Source: Vicinamibacterales bacterium (GTDB lineage: Bacteria; Acidobacteriota; Vicinamibacteria; Vicinamibacterales; UBA8438). Taken from it: 64,000 nt of DNA. The stretch lies in the NCBI GenBank assembly GCA_965206705.1, contig CBDBKJ010000004.1:1114703-1178702 (forward strand), given 5' to 3'. The notes under the pieces were generated by a model, which was given only the letters and a program-made list of their open reading frames with translations, was not told where the DNA came from and did no database searches. Position 1 is the first letter of the stretch. Each line of letters begins with the position of its first letter. Positions 11,122-20,471 of the stretch are shown here, in pieces. The translations under genes and the position numbers were made by a program.

Positions 11122-13564
11122 CTGCCCGTGCCCCACAAACGCTTCGCTGGACTTGGATGCACGGTGATGTCATCCGTATTCGTCGCGCAGCTCGAAGGCG
11201 CAGGCCATGGCCACCAGTTGGGTATAGCCGTACCACATGAGCTGCGCGCCGGGCGGTTGGCGTCGGCGTCCGAGCCACCCGCCAAGGCGAGCGACGAGCT
11301 CGACCGCCTCGCCGAGACTGGCCGGTGGCGGCAGTTTGCGCGAGCGGGCGAAGACGGCCAGCACCCGCAGTTCGCCGTCCGAGAACAGGAGTTCACGCGG
11401 CAGCTCGGGCAGTTCGCGCCCGAGCCGGACCATCAACTGTACCCGCCAACCCACGACCATGTTGATGGCGATGGCGCGTTCGAGCCGCTCCGCCGTGTGG
11501 TGCTGCAACTCCTCCACCTTGCAGCCCGACTTCAGGATGCGGAAGTAATCCTCGATGCGCCAGCGCAGGGCGTACCACCGCAGGACCCGCTCGGCGTCGG
11601 CGGGGCTCGTCACCCGCAGGGTGGTGAGCACGAACCACTCCAGCGGCTTGACACCGGGCGGCGGATGCTCCTCACGCGCATGCACGACCCACAGCGCGAC
11701 CGGCGCCGCCCCGGGGCACGGCAGCTCGACCGCCTGGTAGCGCAGCGCCGTGTCGGCGACGCGCGCCGCCCGCGGGTTCTTGGCCGCCTGTTTGCTGGCC
11801 TTCACGCGCGCGCTGAGCCGATTCACCTCGATGGTGCAGGTGGCGCGGGCCGGAGAGCTCCGCACCTCCTCGAACAGACGGCGCGAGACCGGGTGTCCAT
11901 CCGGCGTCGTAGCCTTGCCCAGGACGCGGTCGGCCTTCGCCCGGACCAGCAACTCGACCTGCGGCGCCTGCTCGCGGCGCTCGATGAACAGGTCGAGGAA
12001 GTCGGCCTCGCGGTCCATCGTGCAGACCACGCGGGTCTCGGGCAAACGCCGGGCCGCCTGCGCACAGTCGCGCAGACCCTCGATCCACCGGAACGACTTC
12101 CGCTTTTCGCGCGGCTTGCGGCCCTTCTCATCGGGGTCCGGGGCCGGGGGCGCGTCGAACCCGGCCCGCAGCACCCCCAACGGGACCCCGTCGGCATCGA
12201 CCGCCAGCGTCGTGTGCAGGTCCAGCCCGCGGGCCGCGGCCCCGGTCTGATTGGCGCCGATCACCCCCAGCCCCTGGGTATGACCGCGCCCGGTGAAGTT
12301 CAGGCGGGTCCCGTCCTGGATGCACAGCACCGTGGGCGCCGAGGCCATCCGTTGCAGCGTGCGCTCGCGATGGGGCGCGAGGATGTTCTCGACCGTCACC
12401 GCGCTGTCGGCGGGCTGGTCGATGAGCCGGTAATGTCCCTTGACCAAAGCGCGCACTCCCTGGGTGACCCCGGTGATGGCGCGCATCGGAGACCGCGCCA
12501 TCTGTTCCGCGCTCTTTACCAAACGCGCACTCAGGCGGGCATCGCCCAGCCGGGCGCCGCCGAATTCCAGAGCCGCCCAGCACGATGCGTCAAGCCCCTC
12601 ACCGGGCGCCAACGCCGCCGTGTCCGCCTCGGGCGCCGCGAGCCGTTCGCGCCAAGCCCGCTCCAACTCGTAGACATACACCGCCTTGCGCGTCTCGGGA
12701 GCGGCATGCAGCCGGTCCTGCCGCCCACGCCCGCAAGTCTCGCCCACCCGCACCCAGTTCGCCGCACGCCAACTCGTCCCCGCGTGCTCGGTCTCGTCGA
12801 CGAAGGTCTCCAGCAGCCACGGCCGGTAGCCGTAGAGGCGCTCGAAGTCTCCGCCCACCGCCCGCGCCGCCCCACCCAGCACGTGAGAGGCCAAGTTGCG
12901 GCAGACAACGCCGGGACGAATCAGAAACCGGCACAGCCCCACCACCCGGTGCAGGTGGGCGCGCCGGCCCGCGTCGTCCCAGCCGACCCACGTGTCGCGG
13001 GCCCGCAGGCGCCGGGCGGAGGCCGCGAACCCGACACCGCCCAGCCAACCGTGCGCAGAGCCGACCAGATAGCGCAGTTGATGGCCGACGAACGGCCCGC
13101 CGCCGCGGGGGTGCTCGTGGGCCATCAGTGTATTCCAGACCCGGCGCTGCGCGTCGGTCTCGACCCGAACCAGCGCGAGGTCCCGGAGCTTGCCGACCTC
13201 GTCAGGCACATCGCGCGCCGGCGCCACCGGGTGCGAGAGTACCCGCGGCCTGCGCACCCCGGCGCTCCGGCGTCGCGGCCGGGGCAGCGAGATATGGCCC
13301 TTCGCCGCCAACTCGCCCAGCGCCTTGCGGCAACTCGCGCGCTGCCGCCGGCCGCGGGCATCGCTCAGATTGAATGCGTCACAGACACGATCGGCGACCC
13401 GTCCGAGAGTGCCGACACCTTGCGAGGCTGCCCGGTTCAGCACGTCGTGAAGTCGGCCAAGATCAGCCCGCAGGCGGCGCCCGACCTGATTCTGAACCTC
13501 CATGCCCAGCACCGTAGCGCAGTGGTTTCATGAAGTCCAGCGAAAAGTTATGGGGCACGGGCAG
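11122..13564 (-). mobile_element. IS4 family (IS50-like) element
   Basis: Inverted ends CTGCCCGTGCCCCA / TGGGGCACGGGCAG; AGCTAGCT at 13565-13572, with the left copy split by IS1380. Confidence 0.88.
11170..13512 (-). CDS. IS4 family transposase with N-terminal DUF4338-like domain (780 aa)
   Basis: N-terminal QLRYLVGS...RFLIRPGV..RNLASHVL...LETFVD...WRAANW; Tn5-like LGDARL, LCIQDGT, MDREADF, YALRWRIEDYFRILKSGC. Confidence 0.88.
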   Translation of the reverse strand: MLGMEVQNQVGRRLRADLGRLHDVLNRAASQGVGTLGRVADRVCDAFNLSDARGRRQRASCRKALGELAAKGHISLPRPRRRSAGVRRPRVLSHPVAPARDVPDEVGKLRDLALVRVETDAQRRVWNTLMAHEHPRGGGPFVGHQLRYLVGSAHGWLGGVGFAASARRLRARDTWVGWDDAGRRAHLHRVVGLCRFLIRPGVVCRNLASHVLGGAARAVGGDFERLYGYRPWLLETFVDETEHAGTSWRAANWVRVGETCGRGRQDRLHAAPETRKAVYVYELERAWRERLAAPEADTAALAPGEGLDASCWAALEFGGARLGDARLSARLVKSAEQMARSPMRAITGVTQGVRALVKGHYRLIDQPADSAVTVENILAPHRERTLQRMASAPTVLCIQDGTRLNFTGRGHTQGLGVIGANQTGAAARGLDLHTTLAVDADGVPLGVLRAGFDAPPAPDPDEKGRKPREKRKSFRWIEGLRDCAQAARRLPETRVVCTMDREADFLDLFIERREQAPQVELLVRAKADRVLGKATTPDGHPVSRRLFEEVRSSPARATCTIEVNRLSARVKASKQAAKNPRAARVADTALRYQAVELPCPGAAPVALWVVHAREEHPPPGVKPLEWFVLTTLRVTSPADAERVLRWYALRWRIEDYFRILKSGCKVEELQHHTAERLERAIAINMVVGWRVQLMVRLGRELPELPRELLFSDGELRVLAVFARSRKLPPPASLGEAVELVARLGGWLGRRRQPPGAQLMWYGYTQLVAMACAFELRDEYG

Positions 13565-13570
13565 AGCTAG

Positions 13571-13681
13571 CTTGCCGCTGTATCCGCCGGCGAGCCGGAA
13601 CATCGGTACCCGCAGCAGGTCGTCGGGGAACGTATGGACCAGCATAATCCGCCGCTTTCCGAGGTCGAACGCCACGGTCAC
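13571..13681 (-). pseudogene. cap2: Upstream fragment of the cap2 E2 domain
   Basis: ...FPDDLLRVPMFRLAGGYSGK joins in frame to LAHVGVEASGEPGEVC once both IS are removed. Confidence 0.75.
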
Positions 13682-16394
13682 CGGATCGCCTGGACCGGGA
13701 GCCTGAACGAGACCGCGGCGGGCTGGCAGCGCAACTGGGAGAGCATCAACGTCTACCGCAGCTGGGGTCCCGAGCCCGAGCGGGTGGCCGCCGAGAACGG
13801 AACTTCGCGCGCCTCTGGGACAATCGCTCCCCGCGCGCCATCGTGCTCGACGTGCCGGACGCCGCGCGGCGGGACCTGCTGCGTTTCCTGCCGCCCGATC
13901 TGCCCGCGCGCCTGAAGGCGAAGCCGCCGCCTGACCGACCTGACCCGCACCACCCTCCCGACCCGGGCGCCGGAGAGGACCCGCCGGGTCCGCCCCCGCT
14001 CTCGCCGGACGACCGCCGGCGGCTCGTCTGGACGTTCATTCGGCCGGCGCCGTCGCTGCCTGGCGGCGGGGCGCGAGTCGGCGAGGCCACCGCGGCCGTC
14101 GAGCCCTGGCCGCACCAGCTCCGGGCCCTCGAGCGGCTCTACGAGCCGTGGCCGCCGAAGCTCCTCATCGCCGACGAGGTGGGCCTCGGCAAGACCATCC
14201 AGGCGGGGCTGCTGCTGCGCCAGGCGTGGCTGGCGGGCCGGGCGAAGCGCATCCTCGTCCTCGCGCCGAGGGCGGTCCTGACGCAGCGGCAGATCGAGCT
14301 GCGCGAGAAGTTCAACCTGAACTGGCCGATCTACGACGGGCGCAAGCTCAGCCGCTACCCGTCCCGCGCGCTGCGCGGGCGCCACGAGCGCGAGATCGAC
14401 CCGGGCCGCTGGCACGAAGAGCCCGTGGTCATCGCGTCGAGCCACCTCATGCGCCGGAAGGACCGCGCCGCCGTGCTGGTCGAGGCCGAGCCGTGGGACC
14501 TCGTCGTCCTCGACGAGGCCCACCACGCCCGCCGGCGCGCCGCCGGCAGCCCGCGCGAGGGCGGCCCGAACACCCTGCTCGCGCTGATGCGGGCCATCAA
14601 GACCCGCACCCGGGGCCTCGTCCTGCTGACCGCGACCCCGATGCAGGTGCATCCCGTCGAGGTTTGGGACCTGCTCGACCTGCTTGGGCTGCCCCCGGAG
14701 TGGACGGGGCCGGCGTTCCTCGACTTCTTCAGCAGGTCGCCCAGCCGAGCCCCTCGCCGCAGGCGCTCGACCGCATGGCGCGGCTCTTCCGGGCCGTCGA
14801 GCGCGACCACGGGGCGGTGTCGCGCGACGCCGTCCAGGGTCTGACCAAACTCACGCCCCTGAGGGCCGGCACGCTGCTTCGCGCCCTGCGCGACGAGGCG
14901 AGCATTCCCCGCCGCCGGCTCGAGGCGGCCGAGCGCCGCGCCGCCGTCGCCGTCATGCGCGCCCACACGCCGGTCCGGCGCCTCGTCTCGCGGCACACCC
15001 GCGAGCTGCTGCGAAGCTACGCCGCGGCCGGCATGCTGTCCTCCCCCGTCGCCGACCGGCGCGTCGACGACCGCTTCGTCGACATGAGCGACGCCGAGCG
15101 TGACCTCTACGAGGCCGTGGACGAGCACATCTCGAAGACCTACCGGCAGGCGTCCGCCGCGGAACGGTCGGCCGTCGGCTTCGTGATGACCGTCTACCGC
15201 CGCCGCCTCGCCAGCAGCTTCGCCGCCCTGCGCGCGACCCTTGAGAGGCGCCGCGACGCCGCGCTGCCCGGGGCCGTCGCCGCGTCGGCCCTTGGGGAGG
15301 ACGCGCCCGACGACGAGACCCTCGACGAGGTCCCCGACGCCGACGACGTCGCCGCCCTCGCCGCGCGCGCGCTGGCCTTCGAGGAGCGCGGCGAGGTCGA
15401 ACGCCTGCTCGAACGCATCGGCGCGCTGCCCCCCGACACCAAGCTCGCGCGCCTGACCGAGGCCCTCGACGAGCTGACGCGCGACGGGTACCGCCAGGTG
15501 ATGGTGTTCACGCAGTACGCCGACACCATGGACTTCCTGCGCCACACCCTCCGCGGACGGGGAGGCGCGCGCGTCCTGTGCTTCTCGGGGCGCGGTGGCG
15601 AGATCCCCGCGGCAGCCGGCCCCGACGCGTGGCGCACCATCGACCGCGAGCAGGTCAAGCGTCGGTTCCGCGACGGCGAGGCCGATCTCCTGCTGTGCAC
15701 CGACGCCGCGTCAAAAGGCCTGAACTTCCAGTTCTGCGGCGCCCTCGTCAACTACGACATGCCGTGGAACCCGATGCGGGTCGAGCAGCGCATCGGCCGC
15801 ATCGACCGGGTCGGCCAGCGCCACGCCGCCATCCGCGTCGTGAACCTGCACTACGAGGGCACCGTCGAGACCGCCGTCTACCGCGCGCTGCGCCGCCGCA
15901 TCCGCCTCTTCGAGCAGGTCGTGGGCCGCCTGCAGCCGATTCTCGCCGAAATGCCCCGGGCCATCGGCGACGCCGTGCTCGCCGGCCGCGACGCCGTCGA
16001 CTTGCGGAACGTCGCCGACCGCCTCGAGCAGCGGGCCTCCGTCGAGGAGCAGAGCGGCTTCGACATCGACGCCGCCCTCGACGACGAGCTCGCGATGCCG
16101 GAACGCCCGCCCTCCCCCGTCACCCTGGACGACCTCGACCGCGTCATCACCGACCCGGGCCTGATGCCGCCGGGCGCCGAGGTGCGGCCGATGCGGACGC
16201 GCGAGTACAGCCTCCTGGCTCCCGGCATGCCGCAACCCATCCGCGTGACGACCGAGCCGGAGTACTACGACGAGAACTCCGACAGCGTCGAGCTGTGGTC
16301 GCCGGGCAACCCGTTCTTCGAGGCGCCCGAGCCCCTGCCGGACGCTGAAGATGTCCCAGCCGGCGTGAAGCTGAAGGACCTGCTGGAGCGGTGA
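13680..16394 (+). pseudogene. PLD-domain SNF2-family helicase; 5'-truncated, frameshifts near 13800 and 14730
   Basis: PLD tail GSLNETAAGWQRNWES; LIADEVGLGKT, VLDEAHH, LLTATP, VFTQYADT, GLNFQ, YDMPWNPMRVEQRIGRIDRVGQ. Confidence 0.85.
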
Positions 16395-16978
16395 CGCCAG
16401 CCCGCCAATGGCACGCTTCAGTCGTTGTGCAGGTCGTAGCGGAAGGCGGTCGGTCACTGGCCAGCATCACGATTTGAGTCCTTGCTCCGCGGCCAGGACC
16501 AAACCCAAGCGCCCCTCGACCTGGGGCCGTTGGGCGCCCACGATGGCCCCAGCCGAATGACGACGTACGCTCGGTTCTCCTTGATGTGGGTCAAGCCGAA
16601 ACCCACAACGAGCGCGTTCTCATATGGCATCCTGGTCCGTGGCGCGCACCTTGCTGCCCCCCGGACGGAGACGCTGGCTGACCATCTGGAAGGAAGTTCA
16701 CGAATTCAAGATTGAGGGATTGGCCGGCCCGCCGGCGATCGTTGGCGGGAGCACCTTGAGTCTCGCCACGGACGAAGAACTTCAAGGTGACGTCTTTCGG
16801 TTCCTGTAGTCTGGCGAGGCGTAACCTCATTGCGAGCTGGGCGCCGAGGCCCGGCCGCTGGTGCGCCGACGCCGCCGAGCGGCGCGACCCGCGCGCTGGC
16901 GGCGTCGGCATCGAACGACCTGTTCTCACCCGGCGGCCAGGTTTCTCCGGCTGGTGCCGTCTGCGAGGAACACCCTGC

Positions 16979-17413
16979 CTACTGGCCCAGATAGCTCTTT
17001 TGGCTCACTGGCTCGAGCCAGTGCGTCGGACCCTCGCCGCCCATCACCGCGAGCTGCACCATGGGCTCGTCCGGCGCCGCGCCGTGCCAGTGCTCGACCC
17101 TGGGACCCACGTAGTGGGGTACGCCCGGCAGCATCTCTTTCACCGGCTCGCCGCGCACCTGGGTGAATCCGCGCCCCTCCTCGGCCATGATCACCTGGAA
17201 GCCGCCGTGTTCGTGCCAGTTGGAGCGCGCGCCGGGCTCGAAACGGAGGCGCATCGCGCGAACGTCCGACACGTCCGCCCGCATCGGCGCGCCCCCGACG
17301 AAGTGGCTCTGGACCGCGCTAATCGTCGAGCCTTGTCCGGCCACCCATACCCCGATCGCCACCAGTACGAGCGCCAGCACCAGACCGAAGCGTGCGCCGA
17401 TTCGTCCTGCCAT
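16979..17413 (-). CDS. Secreted cupin-domain protein
   Basis: Signal peptide; FEPGARSNWHEH and VEHWHGAAP cupin motifs; GGAGG RBS. Confidence 0.85.
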   Translation of the reverse strand: MAGRIGARFGLVLALVLVAIGVWVAGQGSTISAVQSHFVGGAPMRADVSDVRAMRLRFEPGARSNWHEHGGFQVIMAEEGRGFTQVRGEPVKEMLPGVPHYVGPRVEHWHGAAPDEPMVQLAVMGGEGPTHWLEPVSQKSYLGQ

Positions 17414-17477
17414 GTCGTTCCTCCTCCCTTTGTCCAGCGAGATGACGACTCCAATTGCGAGTTCCTTCCTACTAAAC

Positions 17478-19238
17478 GGTCATGGTGGGTCCCACCTCAC
17501 CGCCCCGAAGGCATGAAATGGATGACCGTCCGGCAATCGCCTCGGTGCCGTTGTGTAGGCCGCGGCAGAATAGGAGCGGAGGCAGGACAGTGGTCGTTAC
17601 TGCGGAATGGTGGACGTTTTCCCCGAGACTAAACTGACCTGGTCGGTCGGCGTCGAGCCCCGCAATGTACCCGGCCTCACGCCGTGGACGTGCAGCAAAG
17701 TGCACCGCGCCCTCAGGGCGCGAGTTCTCCGTCCGACCGCCCCGCCTCCGCCACGCCCGGTACCCCTACAGGAGGCGAACCGATGAGGAACGATGACCTG
17801 CACGTTGTCCATCCCCGCGCCGCGGGACTCGACGTGCACAAGATGGAGATCACGGCCACGGTGCGGCTGTGTGCGGCGCCCGGTAGTGAACCGACCTGCG
17901 AGACACGCACCTTCCGTGCGCTGGCAAGCGGCCTGGACGCCCTGGTCGCTTGGCTGACCGGCCACCGCGTCGAGGCGGCGGCCCTGGAGGGGACCGGCGT
18001 CTACTGGCAGGCGCCGTGGCGCGCACTCACCGCGGCCGGCATCGACGCGCAATTGCTGCACGCGCAGCACGTGCGGCAACTGCGCGGCCGCAAGACCGAC
18101 ATCGAAGACAGCCGCTGGTTGGCCCGGGTGTGTCAGTTCGGGCTCGGACGGCCCAGTTTCGTGCCCGACGAGGCGTTTTGCGACCTGCGGAATCTGGTCC
18201 GCCATCGGCGCACGCTGGTCGGGCAGCGCAGCCGGGTGCGCAACCGGGTGCAGAAGGTCCTCGACCGGAGCGGCATCCGCATCGGGGGCGTGCTCAGCGA
18301 CATCTTCGGCCTCAATGGCCGGCGCATCCTCGACGGCCTGGTCGCCCGACGGCCCCGCGCGGACATCCTGGACTCGCTCAGCAGGCACGTTCGCTCGCAC
18401 CTGGAGCTGCTCGGGGATGCCCTGCGCCTGACACTGTGCGAGACCGACCGCCTCCTGCTCGCCGACCTGATCCGCGGACACGACGACCTCGACCGGCGCG
18501 TGCAGGACTTCGACCGGCACATCGACAACGCCCTCGCCGACCACACTGAGCAGTGCCGCCTGCTGGAAACCATCCCCGGCATCGACCACACGTCGGCCTG
18601 CGCCATCCTGAGTGAGATGGGTCCCGACCCGAGCGTGTTCGGCGCCGCCAGTCGCCTCGCCGCGTGGGCCGGGCTGTGTCCCGGCAACAACGAGAGCGCC
18701 GGCAAGCGTCGCACGGGGCGCGCCCGCCGCGGCAGCCGCACGCTGCGAGCCGTGCTCGTCGAGTGCGCCCATGCCGCCGCGCGCACCAAGAATTGCCAAT
18801 TCCAGGCGCACCACAAGGCGCTCACCGTGCGCCGCGGCTACAAGCGCGCCGTCGTCGCCACCGCCCACAAGCTCGCACGCTGCGCCTTCGCGGTCCTGCG
18901 GGACGGCACCCCCTACCGCGACCCGGCCACCGACTACGACGCGCTCCTCGTCAAGCGCAACGCGCCCCGCTGGCTGCGCACGCTGCGGAAGTTCGACATC
19001 CTCGTCAGCAACGACGACGGCACCGTCTCGGTGCGCTGGCCCGAGAGGACCGTACCGATGCGCTGAGGTCCATCTGTCCCCACGTGCTCCCGGCGCTACG
19101 CCTCGACGACCGGCACAAGGGGCAGCCGCAAGGTCGAGACGTCGCCACGGGACACCGCCTCCACCGTCGCTCCTGCATTCGACTTCCCGTCGTGGTGGGA
19201 TTCGTCTGTCTGGACAACCACCGGAATTTCGCAGCAAA
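17478..19238 (+). mobile_element. IS110 family element (ends approximate)
   Basis: Recombinase gene with about 300 bp 5' and 170 bp 3' non-coding flanks; no terminal inverted repeats seen. Confidence 0.6.
17783..19066 (+). CDS. IS110 family DEDD recombinase/transposase
   Basis: AGLDVHK, ALEGTGVYW, GRKTDIEDSRW, LETIPGID and WAGLCPGNNESAGK motifs; AGGAGG RBS before ATG 17783. Confidence 0.94.
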   Translation: MRNDDLHVVHPRAAGLDVHKMEITATVRLCAAPGSEPTCETRTFRALASGLDALVAWLTGHRVEAAALEGTGVYWQAPWRALTAAGIDAQLLHAQHVRQLRGRKTDIEDSRWLARVCQFGLGRPSFVPDEAFCDLRNLVRHRRTLVGQRSRVRNRVQKVLDRSGIRIGGVLSDIFGLNGRRILDGLVARRPRADILDSLSRHVRSHLELLGDALRLTLCETDRLLLADLIRGHDDLDRRVQDFDRHIDNALADHTEQCRLLETIPGIDHTSACAILSEMGPDPSVFGAASRLAAWAGLCPGNNESAGKRRTGRARRGSRTLRAVLVECAHAAARTKNCQFQAHHKALTVRRGYKRAVVATAHKLARCAFAVLRDGTPYRDPATDYDALLVKRNAPRWLRTLRKFDILVSNDDGTVSVRWPERTVPMR

Positions 19239-19374
19239 TAGGACGGATCTCCTTTGTTGGTCGTTCATGTGCTTCTGGCAACCGGGAGTCGAGCAACGCC
19301 GCGACCCGTCAGCTCATCGGTATCCGCAGGACGACGCCGCCCATCACCTCGCCGTGGAGACGTATGATGATGGC

Positions 19375-19659
19375 ATGGTCAAGATGCAGATCCAGCTTCC
19401 GGACGCGCTCTATCGCGACATCGAGCGGCTGGCCGCGTCCCGGGAGTGGTCTCTGGCGGAGACGATGCGGCGAGCGGCCGAGCAGTTCCTGGCCCGGCAT
19501 CCCGTCGTGACGCCGCCCTCGGGGCCGTGGCGGCCGCCGGTGTCGGACCGGGTCGGCTGGCGCGGGCTGGGTCACGAAGCGGTCCGCGAGGCTGCGCTCG
19601 ACGACCTCGAGGCGCGGACCGTCGAGGCGCATCGAGCGACCGGGAGGCGCCGGCGGTGA
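19375..19659 (+). CDS. Ribbon-helix-helix antitoxin (VapB-like)
   Basis: MVKMQIQLPDALYRDIERLA...SLAETMRRAAE; overlaps the start of a PIN gene. Confidence 0.75.
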   Translation: MVKMQIQLPDALYRDIERLAASREWSLAETMRRAAEQFLARHPVVTPPSGPWRPPVSDRVGWRGLGHEAVREAALDDLEARTVEAHRATGRRRR

Positions 19660-19814
19660 CGTCGTTCGACGCCAACATCCTGCTCTACGCCTTCAGCCGG
19701 GCCAGCCCCCTTCCACGACCGAGCCCGCGTCTTTCTGGAAGACCAGGCCCCGTGACGAAATCGCCGTCTCCGAGCTGGTGCCACCTCCAACCGAACGTCT
19801 CGTGCCGACGATGA
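19656..19814 (+). pseudogene. Truncated VapC/PIN toxin
   Basis: GTG start encoding SFDANILLYA, then frame loss. Confidence 0.65.
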
Positions 19815-19878
19815 GCTGTCAGGGGCTCGGCGTCGGGACCCTGGTGTATGCTGAATGCAGCGTCAACGAGTTCTCCTG

Positions 19879-20103
19879 ATGTCCGAAGATGCCCTCGCGA
19901 TCTCCCGCGACGCCGATGTCATGAGCGGGACTCCCGTCTTCGCCGGTACCCGCGTGCCGTTCCAGGCGCTGCTCGACTATCTGGAAGCCGGACAGACCCT
20001 CTCCGAGTTCCTCGAGGACTTCCCGACGGTATCCAGAGAGCAGGCGATTACGGCCCTGCAACAGGCGAAGGACGCTTTGCTGACCCGTGCGCGTCCTGCT
20101 TGA
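19879..20103 (+). CDS. DUF433 antitoxin
   Basis: DVMSGTPVFAGTRVP...FLEDFPTVSREQ. Confidence 0.9.
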   Translation: MSEDALAISRDADVMSGTPVFAGTRVPFQALLDYLEAGQTLSEFLEDFPTVSREQAITALQQAKDALLTRARPA

Positions 20104-20407
20104 CGAGTGCCTGCCGGGACGACTGAAGCGCGAACTTATCGGGCACGAGGTGCAGACCGTGCCGGAGATGAGATGGTCCGGCAAGCGCAACGGTGACCTG
20201 CTGCGCCTTGCCTCACCGGAGTTCGACGCCTTCCTCACGGTCGACCGGCGTCTGCCCCGCGAACAGAAGCTCTCGACGTTCCGAATCGCCGTGATCGTGA
20301 TGGTCGCGCGCAGCAATCGCCTGCTGGACCTGCTTCCGCTCGTCCCGGCGGTCCTCGAGATCCTGCCCCGGGCCAACCCCGGCGAGGCGGTGGTCGTACG
20401 CGGCTGA
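20087..20407 (+). CDS. DUF5615 PIN-like toxin
   Basis: MRVLLDECLP...NGDLL...FLTVDR; coupled to the DUF433 gene. Confidence 0.88.
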   Translation: MRVLLDECLPGRLKRELIGHEVQTVPEMRWSGKRNGDLLRLASPEFDAFLTVDRRLPREQKLSTFRIAVIVMVARSNRLLDLLPLVPAVLEILPRANPGEAVVVRG

Positions 20408-20471
20408 TCGAACCCGAAGCCGGAGACGCGGCGGTCCAGGCCCAGCCGGTCGACACCAGGAGAAAAGCCCG

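Noticed and set aside
11170-13512. Druantia defence system
   Set aside because: The DUF4338-like domain is within a transposase, and no DruE-type helicase operon is present.
16400-16930. Lower-GC stretch with short ORFs
   Set aside because: No recognisable domain or consistent frame; possibly a gene remnant.
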